A DNA stretch of 64,000 bases, from positions 2,551 through 66,550 of IMG/VR virus record IMGVR_UViG_3300036987_000008; one strand, given 5' to 3'. The notes below the pieces were generated by a model, which was given only the letters and a program-made list of their open reading frames with translations, was not told the origin of the DNA and did no database searches. The number at the start of each line of letters is the position of its first letter. Within the stretch, counting starts at the first letter, position 1. The translations under genes were made by a program, and so were the position numbers. This document shows, one piece after another, positions 27,101 to 36,261 of the stretch. Source of the stretch: a virus. Lineage: Duplodnaviria > Caudoviricetes.

Positions 27101-28070
27101 CCCCGTGGAACCCAAGGGCTCCGAACACAGGAGCTCCGACGATAGCGGCTTTAGCTGCCTCACCGTAGCGATCCATAGCAGGTTCACCGGTCCAATCCTC
27201 ACCAGACTGCGCAGTGCGCATGGCTTCAGTACCAACCATCAGCGGTACACCGATAGCGCCCATCTCTGCGGTCTTGACCAGATAATTCCTACCGTGGCTG
27301 TTCAACTGGGCGATAGCCGCTTCTTTTGTTAGCTGACCGGTCTGCACCATCTTGGCAGTCGTAGCCAACTCAGGCCCCATAGCCTTTAAGAATGGAGTAG
27401 CCAGCTTACCGCCAGCCGCACCGAGTAACGGCATCAGGGAGGCTTGAGCCAGAGACCACGCTGTGGTTTCCAACGCGTCATACTGTTGTGGGGCTAACCC
27501 TTGCTCGACGCGTTGCGCCTGTACTTCCTCGAATCGTTGTTTATTCTCACCCTGCTCCATCGGGGTGTCCGCGGCCATGAACCCAGCACCGCCGAGAGCT
27601 AAAGCACCAAGAGAGCCAGCCGCCACAGGGGCACCGGCCAGAGCTGCCGCGGGTACCGCCGCCGCGCCGACGGCCATAGGGACACCGTAGCGTCCGAACA
27701 TACCGCCGATCGGCTCTGTTACGTGTTGATCGATGAATGAGCTAACGCCTGGGACGATACCCTCTTTGAACGCCGCGTCAGTGTCCTCGCCTGTGGTTGG
27801 TGTGTACGCACCAGGAGTCTGGTCGGGGGCCATCATGGCTTTACCAGCGTCGTCTAGACGGGTGCTACCAGTCCAATCGCCGACACCGCGCAACCCTGCG
27901 CCCATACCTTGGTTGAACCCAGCCTTCATGGCGGGCATGAAGCCGCGCTGCTTCTCTATACCGTACGACCCTGGAAATTGCTGTTGCGCCCAAGCGTCTG
28001 CATCCGCCCAAGACATATTGTCTGGGACCATAACCGCGTTGCCGTCAGGTAAAACGTGTCTCTTAGCCAT
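24186..28070 (-). CDS. Large internal virion (ejection) protein with zincin-like HExxxH metallopeptidase domain
   Basis: 1294 aa; Gly/Ala hydrophobic N-terminal segments; VLVAENI...VLHEVGVHEGME. Confidence 0.75.
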   Translation of the reverse strand: MAKRHVLPDGNAVMVPDNMSWADADAWAQQQFPGSYGIEKQRGFMPAMKAGFNQGMGAGLRGVGDWTGSTRLDDAGKAMMAPDQTPGAYTPTTGEDTDAAFKEGIVPGVSSFIDQHVTEPIGGMFGRYGVPMAVGAAAVPAAALAGAPVAAGSLGALALGGAGFMAADTPMEQGENKQRFEEVQAQRVEQGLAPQQYDALETTAWSLAQASLMPLLGAAGGKLATPFLKAMGPELATTAKMVQTGQLTKEAAIAQLNSHGRNYLVKTAEMGAIGVPLMVGTEAMRTAQSGEDWTGEPAMDRYGEAAKAAIVGAPVFGALGFHGVRRSHVKAIDQADAANTAMLADARKENAWKDGQATQMGLDLGTPEQPKGGFQGNITPGATDVITPEFFDQHGVPDKGKGRELRKRYEGVPLNDVESLSALYAELEPLANSKVPEAAAYARVAGTIEPAIKAAEQREPDQRNWIDEQYVENMKAGRARAAKVREAQANNQERIDYGNQKAAEQINQAQVETAALNARTQTRQEDMFNHALTRDDMSKPEPEVVASPRELADRKAEAYEEFQKAYEHYQKTGDDAALTEIVARAKEDLGPYDEHLNQQSTRALFDKNGRPTPGARNAKAEPAAPQGKDRVSDAVSVPREAPVEASGTKADAGGARPGVPADERPVVGKKPVNAPVRDDLAARREARGVAQLKADLAGGRDRTQAEEIMDTMEMNFNVDIPAEARAFLHKQLEGKPEAVANNIATKYMEQYVANREKPAQVAQRAKKEKTTSVATKVKREAPARAEAAKKTTLADQLVATDKQKADTKAAAEARDAEQYLPEATTTGIGRAGKATAVEEFAPAHFKLDSPEHMGKDGTPNHGMQALWWNDLAQMASDIKTGTKEEKLVARKAIAQGRKNKTITTEQLERAVAEDKKNIELLKKYKRKAIFERMAQVREEQASAMAGEKSRQKELRDAKKAIAEFERKEVERQAKEEQADRDAERHMVSKKEKPAELEATDIDEAGVVSLRDLDMPDPDAFMYASAAKPKNPHTAEGVRAEIEKDFTNTKAMDSFVKVYETQAEAKADHPSMTDKRVAGFRTAEGKVVLVAENIERGDVLGKVLHEVGVHEGMEKILGEKVMTQLQEKVAEWAGRNDGSLESRVANEAVKSSLKSKSANRQREAVAYMVEGLVREGVTPKDFTAAGKWLKQFKDGVRKFLTKLGLTKDITPQELVDVAYGAARMALEGKKLKEIGTEKAAKTPRYSDEIPAKARVTLEHEGPDGKVTTKEYRAKEVMREAEQRVNMLEALKRCLG
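26042..26221 (-). CDS. Nested out-of-frame 59-aa ORF inside the 1294-aa gene
   Basis: AGGAG six nt before ATG 26221; helical product MQKQNLPRRKEKIELAMLYLYQEKPLSKLAELKLTPEELDQVYRLMNDLLWEKSLSTLQ. Confidence 0.55.
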   Translation of the reverse strand: MQKQNLPRRKEKIELAMLYLYQEKPLSKLAELKLTPEELDQVYRLMNDLLWEKSLSTLQ

Positions 28071-28082
28071 ACAGCCCCGCTG

Positions 28083-29489
28083 TTATTTAGTGCCTGGATA
28101 GGTCCCTAACACTTGCCCGCCAGCGTCGCCGCCGTCAGTGATTGCGCCGGATGATACCATCTGTTGGTACCGCTCGAACGGCACTGGGCCATTTTGACTC
28201 TGATATTTATTCCACCCGACCTGGGTGGCGTTTTGGGTAGCTGTAGCTCCGCGCAACATCTGGGTCTGGATACCTTGGTTGTACTCGGTCCAAGCCTGCA
28301 GGTGGTAGTCCGACAACGGACGTTGTATGCCTTTAGCTCGGTCGGCGTTCGCCAGATCCAATGCACGTTTGCGTATGGCCTGCTCACGCATTGCTGGTTC
28401 TTTCAACATAGCCGCGCTGGATGCGTATTGCGCATCAGTCATACGAGCGGCACGAGCGTCGGCACCGTATTCACGGTCAGAGCTCTCGAGCAGTGCCTTG
28501 CGGTCTTGCTGATCCATCTTGGCCTGAGCCTTAGCTTCGGCGTCCGCGTCCGCGAGCTGCTTCTCATTGAATGCAGTGCTTGCGGCCGACCCCTCGATAC
28601 CGTGACCTAGGATACCCAGATGCGGATTCTTATTTGCGCTCTGACCCATAGCGTTCCACGCCTGCTCTTGGCGACGTAGGCGAAGCATGTTAGCTTCACG
28701 GGCTAGCTCTTCTTTGGTCTTTGGCTTCGGCTTCTCAGCGTCGTACAGTGCCTTGCGTTCGTTGTAATACTCGGTCAGGGTCTTGGGGCCTTTACCACCG
28801 CCGCTGCTGGATCGATAACCACCCGCACCGATAGAAGGTAGGCCTAGGTCTTGTTCAGACATAGGCGCAAGTGCCGGTAAGCCTTTAGGCGCTTCTTGGA
28901 CTGCTACAGGTTCCACCGATGGCTGCACTGGTACTCCGGCCGTGGGCTCAGCTGAGTCGAATGACTCGTTGTATGGTGTCGCTGTCACACCATAGCGTAG
29001 ACCACGCGCGAGCGGATCCACCGCATCCGCGACTCCACCAAGGCCTATATGTGTCAAGCCAGCAAGACCAACCACCGGCTTCAACAGGGGGCTCTTAGTT
29101 TTTTCTATCATCTCGGCCGCTTTTGCAGCCTCGCGTTTCGTATTGCCGAAATACTCACGTTCTCGGTCATACAGCCATTCATCATCAGCCTTACCACCAC
29201 TAGCAAACCCACGAACTGCACCGCCGTGACGGAACGCAACGATGCCGCCCTTCGCCATAGCCTGCTGTTCTGGTTGAACCTGACCCTGCATCGCTTGCTG
29301 TGCGACCGTAGGTGCCTCTGGCTGTGCGCCAGCTTCCGCTTGCTGCATGCGGTTGATCTCTGTCAGGCGGGCGATGATGACGCTGGTGAATCCTGCGTAC
29401 TGTGGGTTCTTCAGCATCTGCTGAAGCTGGTTGACGTCAGTGACCTGACCGATCAACTCCGCGGTATTACCGAAGTCCATGCGTCCCAT
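28083..29489 (-). CDS. Internal virion/ejection protein
   Basis: 468 aa, Gln/Ala-rich; triple motif MAKGG-FRHGG-FASGG. Confidence 0.75.
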   Translation of the reverse strand: MGRMDFGNTAELIGQVTDVNQLQQMLKNPQYAGFTSVIIARLTEINRMQQAEAGAQPEAPTVAQQAMQGQVQPEQQAMAKGGIVAFRHGGAVRGFASGGKADDEWLYDREREYFGNTKREAAKAAEMIEKTKSPLLKPVVGLAGLTHIGLGGVADAVDPLARGLRYGVTATPYNESFDSAEPTAGVPVQPSVEPVAVQEAPKGLPALAPMSEQDLGLPSIGAGGYRSSSGGGKGPKTLTEYYNERKALYDAEKPKPKTKEELAREANMLRLRRQEQAWNAMGQSANKNPHLGILGHGIEGSAASTAFNEKQLADADAEAKAQAKMDQQDRKALLESSDREYGADARAARMTDAQYASSAAMLKEPAMREQAIRKRALDLANADRAKGIQRPLSDYHLQAWTEYNQGIQTQMLRGATATQNATQVGWNKYQSQNGPVPFERYQQMVSSGAITDGGDAGGQVLGTYPGTK

Positions 29490-29490
29490 A

Positions 29491-30528
29491 TCAGCCTCTC
29501 GATTTCTTCATAGCGCGCGCCGCGCCGATACCTGCGATACCCGCGCTCTTCATCAGGCCGCCCTTTTTAGCTTGTGTTTGAGGTATACCCTGCCCCGCCG
29601 CGGCATCTTGCTGCCCTGCGTTGTATGTGCTGCCACCCAAGGAGACCAACTGGTCAACCGCGTTAGGTGCCGCCGCCTGACTTGTCTCGGAGTCCATGAA
29701 GCTCGTCGCTGTGGGGTTATTCTTGATGATGTCCTGCATCCAAGACGCTTGGTTCTTATCCCAGTCTCGCGCTTCCACGAAATTCTTCTGTTGCTGGTCG
29801 AGCTCCGTCTGTGTCTGGGCTTGCTGTGCATTGCCGACGGCATTCTGTGCGCCGTACAAGGACAAGTCTGTCGCCTGCTGGTTAGTACCGAGGCTCGCCA
29901 ACTGGTTAGCCGCGCTGAGCTGATTCTGGTTTTGGACGTTGTATTGACCCATGCCAGTGTTGTAGGCCTGATTGGCACCTTGCATCTGGGTGTCGTTCTG
30001 CAGCTGTGCGAGATTACGCTGACGCTCAGCATCCATGATGCCGTGGCGAGATCCGCCGAAGGCCCCTGCGGTTGCGAAATGGGTCTGGTCTGCCAAGCCT
30101 TGTATGGTTGACTGCCGTGCCGCCTCACGATTCGCGATGTCTGTGACGTTCTGTTGGTACGGGTTCATGAAGCTCGCTGCGACGCCTGGGTCGTTCCAGC
30201 TGCTCTGCATGGTGTTCTGGGTCTGGTTGATGGCGGGTGCGAACTGCTGCACTGGGCCCATACCGGTGACCCCGGCTTGCGCGTTCTGTTGAACCTGGTT
30301 GAATCCGGCTATCTGTGTACCGCCATATGGTGTGTACCCGCGCCCAGCGATCTCCTGTGAGTTGGCTAGGTTCTTGTCTTGGTATGGCTGTAGATACGAC
30401 GGGAGGCTCGAATCACGAGTCGTCATCTTCTGTTCTGGGGCGGAACTACCACCGCCTTCGAGGGTCATGCGGCCACCAACGCGTTGGAATGCAGCGTCAG
30501 GTAACATCGTATCTAGGTCGTATCTCAT
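29491..30528 (-). CDS. Internal virion/ejection protein (P22 gp7-like position)
   Basis: ATG 30528 overlaps the GNAT stop; N-terminal ...RMTLEGGGSS; FMNPYQQNV motif; Gln/Asn-rich. Confidence 0.75.
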   Translation of the reverse strand: MRYDLDTMLPDAAFQRVGGRMTLEGGGSSAPEQKMTTRDSSLPSYLQPYQDKNLANSQEIAGRGYTPYGGTQIAGFNQVQQNAQAGVTGMGPVQQFAPAINQTQNTMQSSWNDPGVAASFMNPYQQNVTDIANREAARQSTIQGLADQTHFATAGAFGGSRHGIMDAERQRNLAQLQNDTQMQGANQAYNTGMGQYNVQNQNQLSAANQLASLGTNQQATDLSLYGAQNAVGNAQQAQTQTELDQQQKNFVEARDWDKNQASWMQDIIKNNPTATSFMDSETSQAAAPNAVDQLVSLGGSTYNAGQQDAAAGQGIPQTQAKKGGLMKSAGIAGIGAARAMKKSRG

Positions 30529-30971
30529 TTCAACTCCTTGCGGTAGAGGCGTTCGGCCTCTGTGTACCCTAATCTTATCAGCAATGGGCTGAAGTCTTTC
30601 ACCAATCTCACGCCTATCGAGGTCCATTGAACCCCACGGCGGCGGAGCATATCTTCTGCGTACTGGATCATCTGCATACCTGTACGACCTGCGCGGTGAC
30701 TTGGAGCCATATACACCGTGTCTACATACCCTGCCAAAACTGCGTAGTGCAAGTGCGGCTTGATGATTGTTAGGTGGTACCCCACCAGTTTCCCGTCATC
30801 CCGCGCAGCTACCACCTGCAAACTTCCATTCTTATCCATCCACTCGAACTGCAAGTCATCGGCCTTGACCGGGATAGTCCCGCGATACACCTCAGCCTCA
30901 TGCTCCAACATCAATTCAGATGCTTCTTCGCGCACCTGCCCGTAGGTCTCGACCCCGAAGCGGACTGTCAT
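30525..30971 (-). CDS. GNAT family acetyltransferase
   Basis: VAARDDGKLVGY...VDTVYMAPSHRAGRTG.QMIQYAE...LGY. Confidence 0.8.
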   Translation of the reverse strand: MTVRFGVETYGQVREEASELMLEHEAEVYRGTIPVKADDLQFEWMDKNGSLQVVAARDDGKLVGYHLTIIKPHLHYAVLAGYVDTVYMAPSHRAGRTGMQMIQYAEDMLRRRGVQWTSIGVRLVKDFSPLLIRLGYTEAERLYRKELK

Positions 30972-32125
30972 GCTGGTAGATACTTGTTCGCGTTGATTGC
31001 TGGGGCTTGCTTCTTCTTACCTGTACGACCACTACGAACCTTCGCCATCATCTGGTCGAGCTTGCGAGCACCTGCTTCTGTGCTACCGTTGCCGAGACCT
31101 GACACCACGTCTGCGGATACGATGTACTCACCATCAGTCACCTTGATAGGCTCCTTGACGTGGGGCGCACCGCCTTGGATGTATGCTGGTATGCTGTCGC
31201 TCATGCCGTCGCCTGGGCCGCTGATCAGGCTAGTCACACCACCTTGAGCGAATCCACGCTGCGCACGGTAGTTATTGAACGCCGTAGGCGACGTTGACGC
31301 CGTCGCCGTCTGATACGTTGGGCGCGCTTGCTGCTGCAGTGGTTGTTGTTTCTTACCGTTCAGCATGCGGATACCTCCGAGCGCCAGAGGGATCATCTTA
31401 TCTGGATGGTTCGCCGTGAAGTCGCCGAGCTTGGACCAGAACCCTTTCTCTGGTTTAGCTGCTGCGGTAGGGCTGATTGGTGGTGTTGCTCCGGGGATAC
31501 CTACGGGTGCTGCTGCCTGTGTAGGGGCGAACGTCTGCCCCATCTGGAACGTAGGCTGCGCTCCGCCTTGAACGCCCATAGCCGGAGTGGCTGGACTCAG
31601 GGGCATAGCATACGTCTGTGGGTAAGCATTCGCTGTAGCGGCATCGGTCAGACTTCCTACACCTTGAGGAGCGACACCCGACATACCTTGGGTCGTAGCG
31701 TCAACTGCCGCCTGCGCGCCTTGGGTCAGAGGCATACCAGACTGCATACCCGCTTTAGAAGCCGCATCCGCTGCGCCGAACCCTGCCTTGCCCATACCGT
31801 AGCCGGTTAAACCGCCGCCGAGGGTAGCACCTAGCATCTGTGTGGGTGAACCACCTTCGATAGCAGAGCCTACAGCTCCAGCCATACCAGATAACGCCAT
31901 CGATGCCATCGGCCCAACACCGGGAATGAACGCCGCCGCTACAGGCAGCAGCGTACTCAAAAGGCCTGCTTCGGGTAAACCAGTATGTGGGTTAGTTGTC
32001 AGACTGCCTAGACCGTGAGATCGTGCGATCTTATCTAGAGCTTGGACTTCGGGGACGGACATGTGGACCAGCGTTGTATCTGGGCCTCTTCCTTTTGATG
32101 CGAGCGCGCGGGCTATGTGTTTCAT
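30968..32125 (-). CDS. Internal virion protein
   Basis: LASKGRGPDTTLVHM...TNPHTGLPEA N-terminus; FAQGG...GPGDGMSDSIPA...DGEYIVSADVVSGLGNGS C-terminal domain. Confidence 0.75.
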   Translation of the reverse strand: MKHIARALASKGRGPDTTLVHMSVPEVQALDKIARSHGLGSLTTNPHTGLPEAGLLSTLLPVAAAFIPGVGPMASMALSGMAGAVGSAIEGGSPTQMLGATLGGGLTGYGMGKAGFGAADAASKAGMQSGMPLTQGAQAAVDATTQGMSGVAPQGVGSLTDAATANAYPQTYAMPLSPATPAMGVQGGAQPTFQMGQTFAPTQAAAPVGIPGATPPISPTAAAKPEKGFWSKLGDFTANHPDKMIPLALGGIRMLNGKKQQPLQQQARPTYQTATASTSPTAFNNYRAQRGFAQGGVTSLISGPGDGMSDSIPAYIQGGAPHVKEPIKVTDGEYIVSADVVSGLGNGSTEAGARKLDQMMAKVRSGRTGKKKQAPAINANKYLPA

Positions 32126-32196
32126 ACTATACCTCGTCAGGTTTTCGCGATTATACCCAAACCGCGTATAGGTTCAATTCATTTCGCAGGGTATTA

Positions 32197-32862
32197 CTAC
32201 ACGATCCGCTTAACCGTAATACGGCCAGTCCATGCTGTGTTGAACTGCACAGTACCAAGGGACGTCCACGCGACTGAGTTTGATAGCTCATGCTCGATGA
32301 GCGAGCAGCCGTAACTTACCGCTGTAGTTGTCCCCGCTGAGCGTCCAATCATCCGCTGCCTATTCGTGTCGGTGAATATCTTGAAATCGCCAGAGAATAT
32401 CGGGGCTCCGCCAACACCTAGATACAGTATGCTGGCCCCCGCAACGGAGGTGCCATAGCAAGCGGCATTGCCAAAATACATTATTCGATACGTAATTCGC
32501 CCCGTGGGTGCTACATTGTTAGGTAGTAGCTGTGGTTCTGTTCCCGCTGTTGTCGCTGTGAACGACCCCGCTAACATCATCTCGTAGATTTCATTATCAC
32601 CCGTAGCGATATGCAAAGGCATTGACGTCTGCGCCACGAAGTCTGAATAGGCAACATCGCCTACCCGTAGAGACAGGTCAGTCGTCGCGCCTGTGTTGTC
32701 TATCACAGCAGGTAGTTGCCCAAAGTTCACCGCTTGCCCTGCAGTCGTTGCGTCAGTCACAACAAAGCTAGCGCCCGTATCGTCAACAGTTATGATCGGC
32801 GTGCCGCTCCAGTTAATAGAACCTGTAAGACCGTCTGTGGCTGTTTCAAATGATATCGACAT
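32197..32862 (-). CDS. Tail fibre/spike-associated protein
   Basis: 221 aa, beta-rich, in the tail cluster. Confidence 0.55.
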   Translation of the reverse strand: MSISFETATDGLTGSINWSGTPIITVDDTGASFVVTDATTAGQAVNFGQLPAVIDNTGATTDLSLRVGDVAYSDFVAQTSMPLHIATGDNEIYEMMLAGSFTATTAGTEPQLLPNNVAPTGRITYRIMYFGNAACYGTSVAGASILYLGVGGAPIFSGDFKIFTDTNRQRMIGRSAGTTTAVSYGCSLIEHELSNSVAWTSLGTVQFNTAWTGRITVKRIV

Positions 32863-32871
32863 CGTGCGTCC

Positions 32872-33354
32872 TTATTCAAGCAGGGTGTAGTACCCGTTAG
32901 TGAAGTTTGACCCTGATGTTGTTATCACGGCAGTCATTCCATCAGGTAGCGGGTATGAGAGGGTGGCGTAGGATGATCCTGTTGCTATATTCCCTCGACC
33001 AACTACAACACCTGAAATCGTTAGGCTGATTTGCGTTGCCGCCGCACTGCCATATATATGCACACTAATGAACTTAGGTCTGCCGCTCGAGTTAGCTACG
33101 TTAGTCGTTGCGGGCGTTACTGGTATCGCTGTGCTGGATATGGTCTGGTCAACACCAAGTCGCTGCTCGGTTGAGGAAGGGAATGTGACTTCACCTCCGG
33201 CATCCACCGTCATCACCACCCGGTTACCCGCGCCGCCGATAACACCCTGCTCGATCGTAGCGGCACCTGCACCATCAGTATTTATCACGAGGTTATGCAA
33301 CGCAGTTGCGTGGGTACCTACCTGAACGAACCCATCTTGATCTACTAGACTCAT
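32872..33354 (-). CDS. Tail fibre-associated protein
   Basis: ATG 33354 overlaps the upstream TAA; NSSGRPKFISV motif. Confidence 0.55.
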   Translation of the reverse strand: MSLVDQDGFVQVGTHATALHNLVINTDGAGAATIEQGVIGGAGNRVVMTVDAGGEVTFPSSTEQRLGVDQTISSTAIPVTPATTNVANSSGRPKFISVHIYGSAAATQISLTISGVVVGRGNIATGSSYATLSYPLPDGMTAVITTSGSNFTNGYYTLLE

Positions 33355-33815
33355 TACACGTACCTCACGCACTTCAAAACACGAACACCAGCGGCCAAGT
33401 TATCTGTCCCGCCCTCTGGGGAATTAGGGTTCGATGTCGCGTATGTCGCACCGTTGTATATGATAGGTGTCGCACCGCCAGCCGCGCCGACTCCGGGGCT
33501 TGCCCCGTATTGGTGGGTGTGGTTCTTCACTTTACCGGTCGTCTGTGTTCCAACATTCGCGTTCGATTGAACTGTCGCGTAGTCCGCAGGGAAGTAGGGC
33601 ATCCCGAATGTGGTTGAACCATCCCCAACACCCCAAGTCGTACCGATAACGGCGAATAGGTCGGCGTAGGTCGTGCGGCTAATGTTGGTTGCCACCAACG
33701 GGCAGGCCAAGTACCCATCGGGCGCAGTCGACCCAGCGAAGTCGATAAGGGTCCCTACGGGTAGTGCGTAGAATGGTGCTGAAATACCTAGTGTGCCGTC
33801 GATAGTTACGCTCAT
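33354..33815 (-). CDS. Tail collar domain protein
   Basis: PVGTLIDFAGSTAPDGYLAC...SRTTYADLFAVIGTTWGVGDGSTTF. Confidence 0.85.
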   Translation of the reverse strand: MSVTIDGTLGISAPFYALPVGTLIDFAGSTAPDGYLACPLVATNISRTTYADLFAVIGTTWGVGDGSTTFGMPYFPADYATVQSNANVGTQTTGKVKNHTHQYGASPGVGAAGGATPIIYNGATYATSNPNSPEGGTDNLAAGVRVLKCVRYV

Positions 33816-33824
33816 TACAACCCC

Positions 33825-34352
33825 TTAGACGACTGTTACTCGGCTACCTGCCGTCACTGTGAGGACTGCCCCAGCATCGATAGTCAGAGGTCCCGCAACC
33901 ACGGCATTCTTGTCTGTTGGTATAGTGTAGCTTGTGGTCATGTGGGTGTCACCAAGCATGAACACCTCGTCCCCGCCCGCTCCAGTAGCCCCTCCACCAC
34001 CGATACTAGTCCACGCAGTGCCGTCATACCCCTCCCACTGGTTCAGGGTGGAGTTGAGGCGTGTATACCCTGCCGCCGGAGTGCCATCACGTTGAGCGGT
34101 GGTGCCGACCGGGAGGACAGCTGAGCCAGTGATGGATGTGCGGGGGACTTTTGCCGCGTCCAAGGCGCCTACATCGGCATCCAAGGCAGCAACGTCGGCG
34201 CTTAGCGCCGTAATAGCGGCATCCACTGTGTATATCTGATCTCCATCGGCGGCGACCTGGGTCAAATATAATGTCAGGGCGCGGGCCAACTTGTCGATGT
34301 AAACCGCATCGTACTCTTTGGGCGCTGCCGGTAATGCTGGTGGTTTCTGCAT
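33825..34352 (-). CDS. Tail protein
   Basis: MQKPPALPAAPKEYD start coupled by TAATG; PVGTTAQR...RLNSTLNQWEGYDGTAW. Confidence 0.7.
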   Translation of the reverse strand: MQKPPALPAAPKEYDAVYIDKLARALTLYLTQVAADGDQIYTVDAAITALSADVAALDADVGALDAAKVPRTSITGSAVLPVGTTAQRDGTPAAGYTRLNSTLNQWEGYDGTAWTSIGGGGATGAGGDEVFMLGDTHMTTSYTIPTDKNAVVAGPLTIDAGAVLTVTAGSRVTVV

Positions 34353-36235
34353 TACTTCTGTCCATCCTGACGCACTGCGATACGGGGAGAGCCCAACTGC
34401 CAAGCAACACCTGCATCAGTAGACTCAATACGGAACGTAACCTGGCGGCCGCGCACGCGGACCCAGCTCATCTCAGTGAACGGAGTCACGTTGGCGATAG
34501 AGGTCTGAACCGTCCTAGAGTTAGAATCCGCCGCTCTGAACGAGCTTCCTGGGGTATCCCGCGCTGCGAGAGTGACAGTCACCGCCGGAACGGCCGCGGT
34601 AGACCCCTCGAAGTCGACGTCGTGGATGACCTGGTCTACAAACGAGAACGTCTGGCCATCTCCGATATCGAAGTCGGAAGACTCGAGGTACGCGTGGATG
34701 CCGCTAGGGATCGTCGTAGATGTGTCATCAACACCTGACTCGTGGTAATACAAACGATTATCTAATCCTGCAGCTACGGGGTAATCTCGCAGTGGGGTGT
34801 CTAACCACGCGCTGCGGTCTAGTGTACCGAACGTCCAGATGCGCTCTACGTAGTTGTAGGTCACATATCGATCTGGATACGTCGCAGTGGATGACACGTA
34901 GTGCCAAGTGACCTCGTTGAACCCTGAGTTCGTACCGGCGAACACCTGACCCATCTGAGCCCGGTTCATGTCGCCGAACACATACTTACGCACGTCACAA
35001 GGTAGAGTCTGCACCGTACCGTTGTACACGTAGAACTTATCCTTACCCATCCAGTACGCCGCATTATCAGCGATACCTACAGCATTGACAGACGCGATCG
35101 ATATGTTGGTAGCCAACGGGGTGAAGCTGAACACCACAGGTAAGCCTACGTACTGCATAGACGTGAGGGCAGTGTCCGTCCAGATCAGATTCTCCTGACG
35201 CATCTTAGCGACAGCGTAGATGTAGCTACCCGAGGTCAACCGCTGCTCACCGGATGTGGTAGTGGCGGACGGTACCCAGTTGATTATGTTCCCCTGGTCA
35301 CACCAACGGACAAGCAGCGGATCTTCCCCGCCACCGAGGTAGCTATTCGTACCAAAGAGGACTACGTGCTGATCCTCAGTCACGATCAGGTTGTCAGCAA
35401 CGGTGGGTACGCTTGCGGCGCCAACCTCCGCGGATAGCAGAGTTCCCCGAGTAGCTAGTGCGGTGGTTATCGATACACCGCCGGTCTGCGCTTTCCAGTA
35501 ATACAGGCCGCCGTCACGCACGGCAAACACGAGGTTCTCACCGTAGTTGTCCCCAACCCACTGACGCATACCTGAGGTAACTACCCCCGCGCCTGTAGCG
35601 GCCTCACCGTAGCCACCTGTGCCATAAGCACCGACACCATACCCAGTACCTACAACCGATACGGCAGGGCCAACGGATACCTGGAAATCTATAGTAGCGG
35701 TACCGCCACCAGGTCCAGCGGAGCTGGTAGCCGCCGTAGGTGCTGTGAAAGTGAACGTAGTCGTACTGGGTACCGAGGTGATCTGAAACTCGGCTTTGAG
35801 ACTCGCCGCAGTGATCCCACCGATGTCCGTCATACCTGCACCGGAGAACGTAACGAAGTCCCCCAGTATCGCCCCGTGGACCGCCGTAGTTGTGACTGTA
35901 ACGGTCGTAGACAGGTTCGTGGTCGTGAATGGGTTTGCCTGAGCCACGGTGTACCGTATCGGGGTTATGTCAGATAGTAAACCACCGCGCTCGAGATACA
36001 CCTTCAAGTTCGTACCGACAGCCAGTAGGTTCTCACTGCCTAACGTCACCCAGTTGTGCATAAACCGCGCAACACCTTGGAACACCCCGGTACTCAGGCG
36101 AGTCCACCCACCGATCTTCTCGGGGGTGCCAGAACGGAACCTCACCTTGTCCATGAGCCACCACGAACCCTCATTCGTATAGCGTGTGTTCTCGCGGTTG
36201 ACGCCTGGTTTAAAAATGAGTTTCTGTAGTGGCAT
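34352..36235 (-). CDS. Tail hub/nozzle protein (P22 gp10 or tail tubular B-like)
   Basis: 627 aa; KLIFKPG...W...DKVRFR.G.PEKIGGW; VRWCDQ; RVRGRQ; position in the virion arm. Confidence 0.7.
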   Translation of the reverse strand: MPLQKLIFKPGVNRENTRYTNEGSWWLMDKVRFRSGTPEKIGGWTRLSTGVFQGVARFMHNWVTLGSENLLAVGTNLKVYLERGGLLSDITPIRYTVAQANPFTTTNLSTTVTVTTTAVHGAILGDFVTFSGAGMTDIGGITAASLKAEFQITSVPSTTTFTFTAPTAATSSAGPGGGTATIDFQVSVGPAVSVVGTGYGVGAYGTGGYGEAATGAGVVTSGMRQWVGDNYGENLVFAVRDGGLYYWKAQTGGVSITTALATRGTLLSAEVGAASVPTVADNLIVTEDQHVVLFGTNSYLGGGEDPLLVRWCDQGNIINWVPSATTTSGEQRLTSGSYIYAVAKMRQENLIWTDTALTSMQYVGLPVVFSFTPLATNISIASVNAVGIADNAAYWMGKDKFYVYNGTVQTLPCDVRKYVFGDMNRAQMGQVFAGTNSGFNEVTWHYVSSTATYPDRYVTYNYVERIWTFGTLDRSAWLDTPLRDYPVAAGLDNRLYYHESGVDDTSTTIPSGIHAYLESSDFDIGDGQTFSFVDQVIHDVDFEGSTAAVPAVTVTLAARDTPGSSFRAADSNSRTVQTSIANVTPFTEMSWVRVRGRQVTFRIESTDAGVAWQLGSPRIAVRQDGQK

Positions 36236-36261
36236 AGTGTCCTCGCTAGGTTCGCGCGATT

